14,534 nt of DNA from Abditibacteriaceae bacterium (GTDB taxonomy: Bacteria; Armatimonadota; Abditibacteriia; Abditibacteriales; Abditibacteriaceae). Positions 5,683-14,473 of the stretch are shown here, one piece after another. The notes under the pieces were generated by a model, which was not told the DNA's origin, made no database searches, and worked only from the letters and a program-made list of their open reading frames with translations. The stretch spans positions 1 through 14,534 of the forward strand of contig JANPJS010000218.1 of NCBI GenBank assembly GCA_031425655.1, given 5' to 3'. The first letter of the stretch is position 1, and each line of letters opens with the position of its first letter. The position numbers and the translations under genes are program-made.

Positions 5683-7135
5683 CCAATAAAGCGCGAATGA
5701 CGGTGCCCGAAACGTCCGTCAGGCGGTAATTGCGCCCGCCGTAGTGGTAAGTCAGCTTTTCGTGGTCAATGCCCATCAGGTGCATAATCGTCGCGTGCAA
5801 ATCGTGGACGTGAACTTTATTCTCAATCGCGTGCCAGCCGTATTCATCGGTGGCGCCGTGAACCATGCCGCCTTTGACGCCGCCGCCGGCCATCCACATC
5901 GTGAAGCCGAAAGGATGATGCTCACGCCCGTCGGTGCCTTCGGCAGTGGGGGTGCGGCCAAATTCGCCGCCCCAAACCACTAAGGTGTCTTCCAACAATC
6001 CGCGCGCTTTGAGGTCTTTGAGCAAACCGGCGATGGGCAAATCCGTCGCGGCGCAGTTGGCCGGCAACTCGGCTTTCAGGCCGCCGTGCTGATCCCACAA
6101 TTGGCAGCTTGAGCGTTTGGAAGTTTCGGTATGATAAACCTGCACGAAACGCACGCCGCGCTCGACTAAGCGCCGCGCCATCAAGCATTGGCGGCCAAAA
6201 GTTTCAGTCACTTTTTCATCCAAGCCGTAAAGTTTGCGTGTTTCGGGGCTTTCCTTATCTACATCGAAGGCGTCCGGCGCTTCGCGCTGCATCCGAAACG
6301 CCAACTCAAAAGAGGAAATGCGCGCGTTGAGTTGGCTGTCTTCGCCGCGTTGCTGCTCGTGCAACTGGTTCAGTTGCCGCAGCGCATCTAATTGCTCACG
6401 CTGGCGCTGCGCCGACATATTCGCATTTTTAAGATTGGCAATCGGATTCTTCAGATTATTGACAAGCGTGCCCTGATAAGCCGCCGGCAGAAAACTGGAA
6501 CTCCACAACGGCGCGCCCTGCGCCGGTTGCGCCGGGCTGATGACGATGAAACCGGGCAAATCCTGATTTTCGCTGCCCAAACCGTAAGTCAGCCACGAAC
6601 CCATGCTGGGCCGCGAAAACGCTTGTTCGCCGGTATTCATCTGCAAACAAGCGCCGTTGTGATTGATGTTATCGGCCACCATCGAGCGGATAACGCACAA
6701 ATCGTCCACGCAACCGGCGACGTGCGGAAACAATTCGCTGACATCAATTCCCGCTTGCCCGTATTTCTTAAAACTCCAGGGCGAGCCGAGCAAATTGCCG
6801 GTTTTAGTGCGTTCCAAATGCGGTTTATTAAAGGGCAACGGCTGACCGTTTTGCGCCAGCAAACGCGGTTTCGGATCGAAAGTATCAACGTGCGACGGCC
6901 CGCCCGACATGAACAAAAATATCACGCGTTTGGCTCGCGCCAGATGCATTGGCGCTTTAACCGACAACGGGCCGGCAGCTTCTACTTTTTTGGCAAGCGC
7001 AGGCGCCGCACGCGATTCATCGGCCAGCAGCGAGGCCAAACCGAGCATTCCAAAGCCGTTGGCGCAGGTTCGCAGCATTTCGCGCCGCGTGATTGGCGCG
7101 GGGCCGGCGTTGTGGCGCGGATCGTTGTGTTTCAT
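5678..7135 (-). CDS. DUF1501 domain protein (sulfatase/alkaline-phosphatase-fold related) with a Tat-like signal
   Basis: 485 aa. Motifs: TRREML twin-arginine motif, AKRVIFLFMSGGPSHVDTFDPKP, RRLVERGVRFVQV, WDQH, GEFGRTP, GREHHP and VHVHDLHATIMHLMGIDHEKLTY. Confidence 0.95.
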   Translation of the reverse strand: MKHNDPRHNAGPAPITRREMLRTCANGFGMLGLASLLADESRAAPALAKKVEAAGPLSVKAPMHLARAKRVIFLFMSGGPSHVDTFDPKPRLLAQNGQPLPFNKPHLERTKTGNLLGSPWSFKKYGQAGIDVSELFPHVAGCVDDLCVIRSMVADNINHNGACLQMNTGEQAFSRPSMGSWLTYGLGSENQDLPGFIVISPAQPAQGAPLWSSSFLPAAYQGTLVNNLKNPIANLKNANMSAQRQREQLDALRQLNQLHEQQRGEDSQLNARISSFELAFRMQREAPDAFDVDKESPETRKLYGLDEKVTETFGRQCLMARRLVERGVRFVQVYHTETSKRSSCQLWDQHGGLKAELPANCAATDLPIAGLLKDLKARGLLEDTLVVWGGEFGRTPTAEGTDGREHHPFGFTMWMAGGGVKGGMVHGATDEYGWHAIENKVHVHDLHATIMHLMGIDHEKLTYHYGGRNYRLTDVSGTVIRALLA

Positions 7136-7138
7136 AGG

Positions 7139-10100
7139 TCAATCTACATAAACAAACTCGTTGGAGTAAAGCAAAATCTGGCAGTATTGCTCCCAGACGT
7201 TGCTTTCGCGCGCCGCTAAAAACTTCAAGCCGATGGCGATCTCTCCTTCGCTCGGAGCGCGGCCAAAAAGTAACTGATATGCCTCGTTGATGCGTGATTT
7301 TTCGTCCGCGACCGCCGCAAGGCGTTTGGCTAAAGCCTGCGATTGCTCAAGGATAAACGGGTCGTTCATCAAGAAAAGCGCTTGCGGCGCGACGGTTGAA
7401 ACCGTGCGGCGATCTACGCTGGCCGTCGAGTCGGCGGCATCGAAAAGCGGCCCGTAGCCAGCGCGATCCGAGCGAATCGTGGTGATATACAGCGTGCGGC
7501 GCGGCGTTTTGAAATCGCGGATGGAAATGCCGCTGCGTTCGGGTTTTAAGCGGCCCGCAACCGAAAGAAGGCTGTCCCGAATCGCTTCCGATTGCAGACG
7601 GCGCCGGTTCATGCGCCCGAATAAATGGTTGTCGGCATCGGCTTGTTTCATCTTCCGCGAAATTTGGCTCGACTGCTGATAAGTCGCCGAAAGCATGATG
7701 GCGCGGTGCAGTTTCTTGAGCGACCATCCGCCCTGCGCGAATTCCGACGCCAGATAATCGAGCAGTCGGGGATGCGTCGGGCGTTCGCCCAAAAACCCGA
7801 AGTTGCTGGGCGTGCGCACGATTCCCGCGCCGAAATGCCCTTGCCAAATGCGATTGACCATCACCCGCGCCGTGAGCGGGTTTTTGTCGTTGGCCAGCCA
7901 GCGCGCCAGTTCCAAACGTCCGCTGCCTTGCGTAATCGGCGCCTGTTTTTCACCGGCTAAAACAACGGGGAAAGCACGCGGCACGACATCGCCAAGCCGC
8001 GCATAACTGCCGCGCTTGTGAACACGCACGTCGTGAAAACCGGCGTAAGGCGTTTGGGGCACGCCGCCTTCCTGCGCGCCGTTGGCGAATTGCAGCGGCG
8101 GCGGGGCGTCTTTTCGCAAAGAATCCAACGCGATGCGCTGCTTTTCCAACGATTCGCGTGTGGCGGGCGCCAACGCCGTTTCGTCTTCGCGATTGTTGAT
8201 CCAGAACGGGCTGCTTTTATCTGTGAGAATGAAGCTCTTTTGAAACGCATTCGCGGCCATTTCGGCGGCTTCGCGCGTGCCCGCAAGCGCATTTTGCCAC
8301 TGCGCCAGCGGCGAATCATCGGGCGCTTTTTTGCCGCGCAGACTTCCGGTCATGTCGCCAAAGCGCCAAACGTCGGCGTTGCCTAACTTGTCGCTGTGCG
8401 GGTTTCCCTTGCCGTTTTGATGCAAGTCGCCGACAACATCGGCGGCCAAATTCCACACGCTTTTGCCGTCCTCCGTTTCAATCGTCAGATCAACTATGGT
8501 CGTGTCGTAGCCATGACTGGCTTTCGGCAAAACCAACAATTCGATGAGGTCACCTTTGACGACGGAAAGCGCGGCCAACGGCGCATCGGGAAACTTTTGC
8601 GCGCCACCGTTAGGAACGTCGCCGGACGCTATTTCCTTAGCGCCCCGACTGCGAAGTTCTATGGCCCACGCGATGCCGTCGCCGCCGCCGCCATCGGCGT
8701 CCGCGACGCTGCCTTTGATTTTGATGGTGCCGTCAATCGGGCTTTTCCAGGTCACAACCACGCCATCCGCCGGGCTGGGGTGAATGCTGACCGATTGAGG
8801 CGGAAGGGTGAAAGTCAATAATTTGCGTGCCTCGGCGTTGGTGTTGACCAACATTGAAGGCGTGTCTTCGTTGACTTTGAAGCCATGCACACCGGCGCTG
8901 CCCAGCACGTCACGAACCGGCGTTGCCATCAAACGGTAATCGCCGACGCCGCTGTAACTCATCCACTGGCGCAGCGCGTGCGGATGTAAATCGCGCTGCG
9001 CTGCGAACGCTTCGAGGCCTGAATTAATCGGCTTCGCGCCGTTTCGATAATCGTAGACCGCCATCAGATAGCGCGCGGCCTGACTTTGCATTTCTTTGGC
9101 GTAAGCGACGTAATGCTCTTGCGTTTCGGCCTTCAACTTCGCTTCGGCTTCGCTGATTTTAGCGGCGGATTGCTTGCCTTTTTCGATGTCTTGCGGCAAA
9201 GCCAGAGGAATACGCAGCATACTTTCGCCCGCGCCTTTCTCCGCCATTTTGGGCAGAATATGCGTGCTGAAAAACATTCCCGACAGGGCGTAATAATCGC
9301 GCGTGGAAATCGGGTCGAATTTGTGATCGTGGCAGCGCGCACACGCAACCGTCAGGCCCAAAAAACCGCGCGTGACGATGTCCACTTGATCGTCGGCGAT
9401 GTCGGTCTGCACTTTTTCTTTGTCGGCGTCGCCGTTGCCCCAGTTGCCGATAGCCAAAAGCCCGGTTGCAATCACGCCCGAAGCGTCGAATTTCTCGCCG
9501 CGCGTCGCCAAAATATCGCCCGCGACTTGCTGCACAATGAACTGATCGTAAGGCAAATCGCGGTTGAAAGCGTCCACAACCCAATCGCGGTAGCGCCACG
9601 CTTCGGAAATATCGCCGTCGCTGCCGCTACCGCGCGAATCGTGGGAATCGGCATAGCGCGCCACATCCAGCCAATGACGGCCCCAGTGTTCGCCATACGA
9701 TGGCGAATCGAGCAAACGGTCAATCAATTTGGCGTAAGCATCGCGGCGGTTATCCGCAATAAAAGCGCGCACTTCTTCGGGCGTGGGCGGCAAACCTGTC
9801 AAGTCGAAGGTCGCGCGGCGCAGCAAAGTGGCTTTATCGGCGGGCGCTGCCGGTGTCAGGCCGCGTTTTTCCAACTCCGAAAGGATGAAATTATCAATCG
9901 GCGCTTGAATCCATGCCTTATTTTTAACAACCGGCACGACAGGCCGCTTGACAGGCTGGAACGACCAGAAATTGCGGCGTTCTTCGGTTATGAATGGTGT
10001 GGAATCGGGTGCCGCGGAATTGGCCGGCGGCTTCGCGGATTCGGGCCAAACTGCGCCGTTTTTGACCCATTGTTCCAGCGCCGCGATTTCGTCCGGCTTC

Positions 10101-10435
10101 AATTTGCCGGCGGGCGGCATTTTGATTTCGCCGTTGTAATGCACAACACGAATCAAAGCGCTTTTTTGCGGCTCGCCGGGCACCAAAACCGGGCCGTTGT
10201 CGCCGCCTTTTAGCAGCGCTTGGCGCGAATCAAGACGCAATGCGCCTTTTTGTTTGGCGTCTCCGTGACAGGAAACACATTTTTCCAGCAGCAGAGGCCG
10301 CACTTTCGTTTCAAAGAACTCGCTTTCACGAGTCGCGTTGGGCGGCTGTGCGTCAGCCGCGACGAGTGGAACAGCGAAAATCAGCAGTGCGCAATTTAGG
10401 CGAAGAAAGTTGATGAATTCAGAGAACGTGCGCAT
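7139..10435 (-). CDS. PSD1 and planctomycete cytochrome c domain protein (PSCyt1 + DUF1549 + DUF1553)
   Basis: 1098 aa with a signal peptide. Motifs: FFETKVRPLLLEKCVSCHG (CxxCH), LLRRATFDLTGLPPT, YGEHWGRHWLDVARYADS, CARCHDHKFDPI, NPLTARVMVNRIWQGHFG and PQALFLMND. It ends 3 nt before the DUF1501 start, the usual gene pair. Confidence 0.95.
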   Translation of the reverse strand: MRTFSEFINFLRLNCALLIFAVPLVAADAQPPNATRESEFFETKVRPLLLEKCVSCHGDAKQKGALRLDSRQALLKGGDNGPVLVPGEPQKSALIRVVHYNGEIKMPPAGKLKPDEIAALEQWVKNGAVWPESAKPPANSAAPDSTPFITEERRNFWSFQPVKRPVVPVVKNKAWIQAPIDNFILSELEKRGLTPAAPADKATLLRRATFDLTGLPPTPEEVRAFIADNRRDAYAKLIDRLLDSPSYGEHWGRHWLDVARYADSHDSRGSGSDGDISEAWRYRDWVVDAFNRDLPYDQFIVQQVAGDILATRGEKFDASGVIATGLLAIGNWGNGDADKEKVQTDIADDQVDIVTRGFLGLTVACARCHDHKFDPISTRDYYALSGMFFSTHILPKMAEKGAGESMLRIPLALPQDIEKGKQSAAKISEAEAKLKAETQEHYVAYAKEMQSQAARYLMAVYDYRNGAKPINSGLEAFAAQRDLHPHALRQWMSYSGVGDYRLMATPVRDVLGSAGVHGFKVNEDTPSMLVNTNAEARKLLTFTLPPQSVSIHPSPADGVVVTWKSPIDGTIKIKGSVADADGGGGDGIAWAIELRSRGAKEIASGDVPNGGAQKFPDAPLAALSVVKGDLIELLVLPKASHGYDTTIVDLTIETEDGKSVWNLAADVVGDLHQNGKGNPHSDKLGNADVWRFGDMTGSLRGKKAPDDSPLAQWQNALAGTREAAEMAANAFQKSFILTDKSSPFWINNREDETALAPATRESLEKQRIALDSLRKDAPPPLQFANGAQEGGVPQTPYAGFHDVRVHKRGSYARLGDVVPRAFPVVLAGEKQAPITQGSGRLELARWLANDKNPLTARVMVNRIWQGHFGAGIVRTPSNFGFLGERPTHPRLLDYLASEFAQGGWSLKKLHRAIMLSATYQQSSQISRKMKQADADNHLFGRMNRRRLQSEAIRDSLLSVAGRLKPERSGISIRDFKTPRRTLYITTIRSDRAGYGPLFDAADSTASVDRRTVSTVAPQALFLMNDPFILEQSQALAKRLAAVADEKSRINEAYQLLFGRAPSEGEIAIGLKFLAARESNVWEQYCQILLYSNEFVYVD

Positions 10436-10443
10436 TGTGGCCG

Positions 10444-10460
10444 CTAAAAAGTCTTTTTAG
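10444..10460. promoter_or_regulatory. Perfect 17-bp palindrome, possible operator in the divergent promoter region
   Basis: CTAAAAAG-T-CTTTTTAG, 8 nt upstream of the minus-strand ATG at 10435. Its function is not shown by the sequence. Confidence 0.3.
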
Positions 10461-10602
10461 GTTAGGCAGAATAACTGGTGTGAGGTTGCACTTTGTCTAT
10501 TCTTGAGGAATCTAAGGGGCGGCATACTGATCGAAAGTGCCCAATGTGAAACGAGCAAGATAGGAGGCTCTCTAATGCCTCTCGGAAAGGACATCCAACC
10601 TA

Positions 10603-11244
10603 ATGAAACCCCTGACAATCTGTTTGCTGCTGACAATATGTTTGCATTCCAAAATGCTTGCTGCTGAGCCGCCTGCCGCTTTCAAAAAAGCGTTTGCCGA
10701 ACATCATAAGAAAGACACTTTGTTCGACTATCGCACAGCTCGTGGTTTTATAGAGAAAGGCTGGGGCCGGTTTTATCAGGAAACAGTCGCCTCTGATTTT
10801 AAAGGCGCCCCGGTAGACAAAGTGCGGTTGGTCATTGGGCCTGTCAAGGGAAGTGTTCTTCAAATCGGCGACAAACTCGCGCTGATATTTCGATTGTTTA
10901 ATGACTCAGATTGCGATGCTACTGCTTACGTCGCGGGCACCTGCAAAACCGTTCACGCCGCCAGCTATATGGTAATTGATTGGCAAGGCAATCTTCTCGG
11001 AAATGTAGGAAGAGGAAAAGTGGGTGGCCCCCATTGCTTTTGTCAACAATCAGAAGCAATCTTGTGGCATCGCAGCGCAAGATGGCTTGACACCGCGACC
11101 GATTCTGACAGTGTTGTTGGATGGGCACCGGATAAAGCAGGAAAATACGTTATTATCGGTGTATACGCGTGCGGCACGAAAGAAGAGCCGGAGCGCAGGA
11201 TTTTGTCGAAACCTATAGTTCTCAACGTCAACGCGAACAAGTAA
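10603..11244 (+). CDS. Hypothetical secreted protein, possible C-terminal Ig-like beta-sandwich
   Basis: 213-aa ORF with a signal-peptide-like N-terminus and AAAGGA at 10586-10591. The pattern IGDKLALIFRLFNDS...AGKYVIIGVY...LSKPIVLNV is typical of Ig-like folds. GC is lower than in the neighbouring genes. Confidence 0.75.
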   Translation: MKPLTICLLLTICLHSKMLAAEPPAAFKKAFAEHHKKDTLFDYRTARGFIEKGWGRFYQETVASDFKGAPVDKVRLVIGPVKGSVLQIGDKLALIFRLFNDSDCDATAYVAGTCKTVHAASYMVIDWQGNLLGNVGRGKVGGPHCFCQQSEAILWHRSARWLDTATDSDSVVGWAPDKAGKYVIIGVYACGTKEEPERRILSKPIVLNVNANK

Positions 11245-11278
11245 TATCATTTTTCCGCTTCCCAAAACAGCCGCCCTC

Positions 11279-11442
11279 AGAGCGTGTTACGAAGTTATAT
11301 GGAGTGCGCCGACTTGTCGGCGCTTGAACACAGGCAACTTGTCGCCCAGAAAGCTATGTTGGGCTGGGCCTTTGAGAGCCGACAAGTCGGCTTTACACTA
11401 CCAGAGTGAACTCTCTTACTCCAAAAGTGCATAACACGCTCT
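11279..11442. mobile_element. MITE-like element (164 bp) with AGAGCGTGTTA terminal inverted repeats enclosing three REP-like hairpins
   Basis: AGAGCGTGTTA (11279-11289) pairs with TAACACGCTCT (11432-11442), and pairing extends imperfectly to TGGAGT/ACTCCA. Inside are GCGCCGAC-TT-GTCGGCGC (11306-11323), GGCAAC-TT-GTCGCC (11333-11346) and the inverted AGCCGAC-AA-GTCGGCT (11377-11392). Confidence 0.72.
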
Positions 11443-11532
11443 AAAATAACAAAGGTGTCGAAATACCTCGGTAACTCGCGCATTTGCTTTCTCGCAGTGC
11501 AACTTCTTCCGTTCGTTCCGCTCCCAAATTCC

Positions 11533-14385
11533 ATGATTTTCCGGCCTCGATTCGCTTTTTTGTGCTGTGCCGCGATGTTATTGCTTTTGCAGCCTGCGGT
11601 TCACGCTCAAGACACCAAAACCTCGCTTTCGCCGTGGCAAATTGAGTTTTCGGGGCCGCGCGGCGTATCGGTGGCGTATCGCGGCGTGCCTTTGATTCGT
11701 CGCTCCAGCCTTTATATCGTCAAACCGGGCTGGGCGGGCTTGCTTTTCGACCAAAGAGCGCAAAAACACACCGTTGAAAAGCGCGAAGATGGTGTTTTGC
11801 ACGTCGCCAGCGAAAACAGCGATTTTGCCGCGCAATACGACCTGATTCCCGTTGACGATGCGACCTTCGAGCTGCGTTTCAAGGGCGAAATGAAACGCGA
11901 CGTGCCCGCGCAAATCGAACTCGCGGCGGGCTATTTTAACGCGAATCTCATCGCTAATCGCCCTTTCCAAGCCTTAAAACGGGATGGCGGCGGGCAAATA
12001 TCGCGCGGCATCGTGCCGGCGTTTCCCCTGTTCGCCGGGTTGAGGGAAAATGATCTGGCGCCCGACTTCCAAAGTTTGGAATTTGATTCGCGCATCGGCC
12101 AAATCAGCATTGCGTTCAATTCGAAAAGCCGCATTACTTTTGCCGATGCGCGTCGTGACACGCAAAATTGGGCCAAAGAAGCGCCGGTTTTCTGGTGCGG
12201 CTGGATGGCCGGAGCGCAACCGCTCCGTTTTGGCGCGCCAGTCGAGATGACAATGCGAATCCGCGTTGCTGCGCCCGCTGTGGCAGACAAAACGCGGCCC
12301 GCTGCGATGATTCCACCCACTTTGCAGCCGATTAGCGATGCGGTATCAACGCAGGGCAAGCCGCTGGAAATTGTGCCGCGCCCGCAAAAAATCACGATGA
12401 TGTCGGGAGCGCCTTTCGTGGTGCGCGACGGCGTGAAAGTGAGCATTTTGGCGCCACGCGGCGAAACGCGTTTGCGCGCGGCACTGGAGCGCGTGCTGCG
12501 CGGCGAGTGGCAGCTTGAAACCGCCGCGCCGCTCGAATTTAACAGCGATGCGTCGGGTTGGTGCAGCGTGGTTTTGGGAGCAAAAACGCGCAAGCTCGCG
12601 CCGCCAAAATCGCGCCCGGTTTGGGCCAATCGCCTTGATGCTTATCAGCTAACGGTTGATAAAAGCGGCATCGAAATCAGCGCGCCGACGGCGCGAGGCG
12701 CGTTTCACGGCATTCAAACGCTCGCTCAAATTTTGCGGCCCGATGGCGCTAATGCGAGCGCACTGCCGCTTCAAATCGAGGATTACGCCGCGCTGGAATT
12801 TCGCGGCGCGCACTGGTTTCCTTCGCAATCGGGCGTGCCGTTTCATAAGCGGCTGATCGCGGTGATGGCGCGCGTCAAAATGAACGCGGCAGTGATTCAA
12901 TGCGAGGCGGCGCGCTGGGATTCTCATCCCGAAATCGCCGCGCCCAATTCGATTTCCAAAGCCGATTTGCGCGATTTGGTGGCCTTATGCCGCGCCAATT
13001 TCATCGAGCCGATTCCGCTCGTCAATACGCCCGGCCACGCGCAGTGGCTGTTTCGCAACGGCCAGCACCTCGAACTCGCCGAAGACCCGAAAACGCCTTA
13101 CGCCTACTCGGTTCGTAACCCCAAAAGTTTGCCGCTCATTCATCAGATTTTGGGCGAGGCCATCGAAGTTTTTCGGCCCCAAACCTTTCACATCGGGCAC
13201 GACGAAATCACGATGCGCGGGCGTTTTCCCAATCCCGATAACCCGTTTAATCGCGCGGGCGACAGCGCCACCGATTTGGTGATGGAAAATTTGAATTCTT
13301 TGCACGGTTGGTTGGCTGCGCAGGGCATCAAAACGATGGTGTGGGGCGATATGTTTTTGCATTCCGGGGCCGGGCCGGACGCCCATTCGGCGCCCAGTGC
13401 TGCCGAAGCCGAAAAACGGCGCCGGATGCTGCCCAAAGATGTCATCGTGACCGACTGGCATTATGGCGGCAAGCGCCTTTATCCCAGCCTTGCGCTTTTT
13501 GCCAAAGATGGCCTTAAAACCATCGCCGCGACGTGGAACACGCCGCAAAACATCCACTACTTTTCGCGCGCGGCGCAGCAAAACGGTTCGCTGGGACTGC
13601 TGCAAACGACGTGGGCCGGCTATTTTCCCGACGCCGGCACGCTCGAAACGCAGTTGTCACAGTTCACCGCGTTTATATTGGCCGGCGATTACGCTTGGTC
13701 GGACCGGGACGACGCGCCGGACGCCTTGCCTTACGATGTTGCGGCGCAGTGGAACACAGCTTATGCGCCGCAAAAACGCAAACCGGGCGTGCCCAACGCA
13801 CCGCGGGCGGGCGGGCCGAGTGCGGGAACGCTGCTGGACTTAACGCAGGCGGCGCAGACTTCGCCGGAAGATTGGCTGGGTTTAGGCGCGGGGCGCGACT
13901 TGGCGGCGCTTTTCGACGACCAGAACACGGTGCGGCGCTTTGACGATGTCGCTTTCAGGCTTCCGGGGCGAAAACTAATCGCGCTCAGCAACGCGCCGCG
14001 CGGACTCGCGCCCGATGGCGCATTGGGCGATTTAACCCTGAAAATTGGGACGCACGCCGCTCAAATCGCCTTGCTTCACGCCACGCTGTGGAGCGTGCCC
14101 GATGGCGTCTCGGCAGCCAAAATGAGCGTGGAATACAGCGACGGCACGACATCCGAATTCGAGTTGAAAGCGGGCGCGACCATTGCTTCGTGGCAAAGCA
14201 ATGCAATCGTCGCCAACGCGCGGCGCGCCGGGAGCGCCAAATCGCCCAACGGCACTGGGCAAGGGCTTTACGTCACGCGCTGGGAAAATCCGTTTCCCGC
14301 GAAGATCATCGCGCAGTTGCGCTTTACGCCCGTTGATGCCGAAGCCGGCTATGCACTCGCCGGCGTGACGCTTATCGGCCAGTAG
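11533..14385 (+). CDS. Secreted multidomain glycoside hydrolase family 20 (beta-N-acetylhexosaminidase-like)
   Basis: ATG 11533 gives a signal peptide (MIFRPRFAFLCCAAMLLLLQPAVHA). GH20 domain 2 is present (IVPRPQK...DAYQLTV...GAFHGIQTLAQ...IEDY...FRG). The catalytic barrel has IPLVNTPGHA, FHIGHDEI, MVWGDMFL and TDWHY. A C-terminal beta-sandwich follows. Confidence 0.9.
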   Translation: MIFRPRFAFLCCAAMLLLLQPAVHAQDTKTSLSPWQIEFSGPRGVSVAYRGVPLIRRSSLYIVKPGWAGLLFDQRAQKHTVEKREDGVLHVASENSDFAAQYDLIPVDDATFELRFKGEMKRDVPAQIELAAGYFNANLIANRPFQALKRDGGGQISRGIVPAFPLFAGLRENDLAPDFQSLEFDSRIGQISIAFNSKSRITFADARRDTQNWAKEAPVFWCGWMAGAQPLRFGAPVEMTMRIRVAAPAVADKTRPAAMIPPTLQPISDAVSTQGKPLEIVPRPQKITMMSGAPFVVRDGVKVSILAPRGETRLRAALERVLRGEWQLETAAPLEFNSDASGWCSVVLGAKTRKLAPPKSRPVWANRLDAYQLTVDKSGIEISAPTARGAFHGIQTLAQILRPDGANASALPLQIEDYAALEFRGAHWFPSQSGVPFHKRLIAVMARVKMNAAVIQCEAARWDSHPEIAAPNSISKADLRDLVALCRANFIEPIPLVNTPGHAQWLFRNGQHLELAEDPKTPYAYSVRNPKSLPLIHQILGEAIEVFRPQTFHIGHDEITMRGRFPNPDNPFNRAGDSATDLVMENLNSLHGWLAAQGIKTMVWGDMFLHSGAGPDAHSAPSAAEAEKRRRMLPKDVIVTDWHYGGKRLYPSLALFAKDGLKTIAATWNTPQNIHYFSRAAQQNGSLGLLQTTWAGYFPDAGTLETQLSQFTAFILAGDYAWSDRDDAPDALPYDVAAQWNTAYAPQKRKPGVPNAPRAGGPSAGTLLDLTQAAQTSPEDWLGLGAGRDLAALFDDQNTVRRFDDVAFRLPGRKLIALSNAPRGLAPDGALGDLTLKIGTHAAQIALLHATLWSVPDGVSAAKMSVEYSDGTTSEFELKAGATIASWQSNAIVANARRAGSAKSPNGTGQGLYVTRWENPFPAKIIAQLRFTPVDAEAGYALAGVTLIGQ

Positions 14386-14473
14386 ACGAATCAAAAACCA
14401 AGCGAGCTTGGCCGTTATAATTGGCTAAGAATCAGTTTGAAAAGTAGGGGTGAAACCTCAAAAGTACGCACCG

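Noticed and set aside
6392..10213. Long plus-strand ORFs 6392-7219 (275 aa) and 9086-10213 (375 aa)
   Set aside because: They are antisense shadows of the well-conserved DUF1501 and PSD1 genes, common in GC-rich coding DNA, and show no motifs.
11455..11532. GTG 11455 start for the GH20 gene
   Set aside because: It adds 26 residues ahead of a clear signal peptide that begins at ATG 11533.
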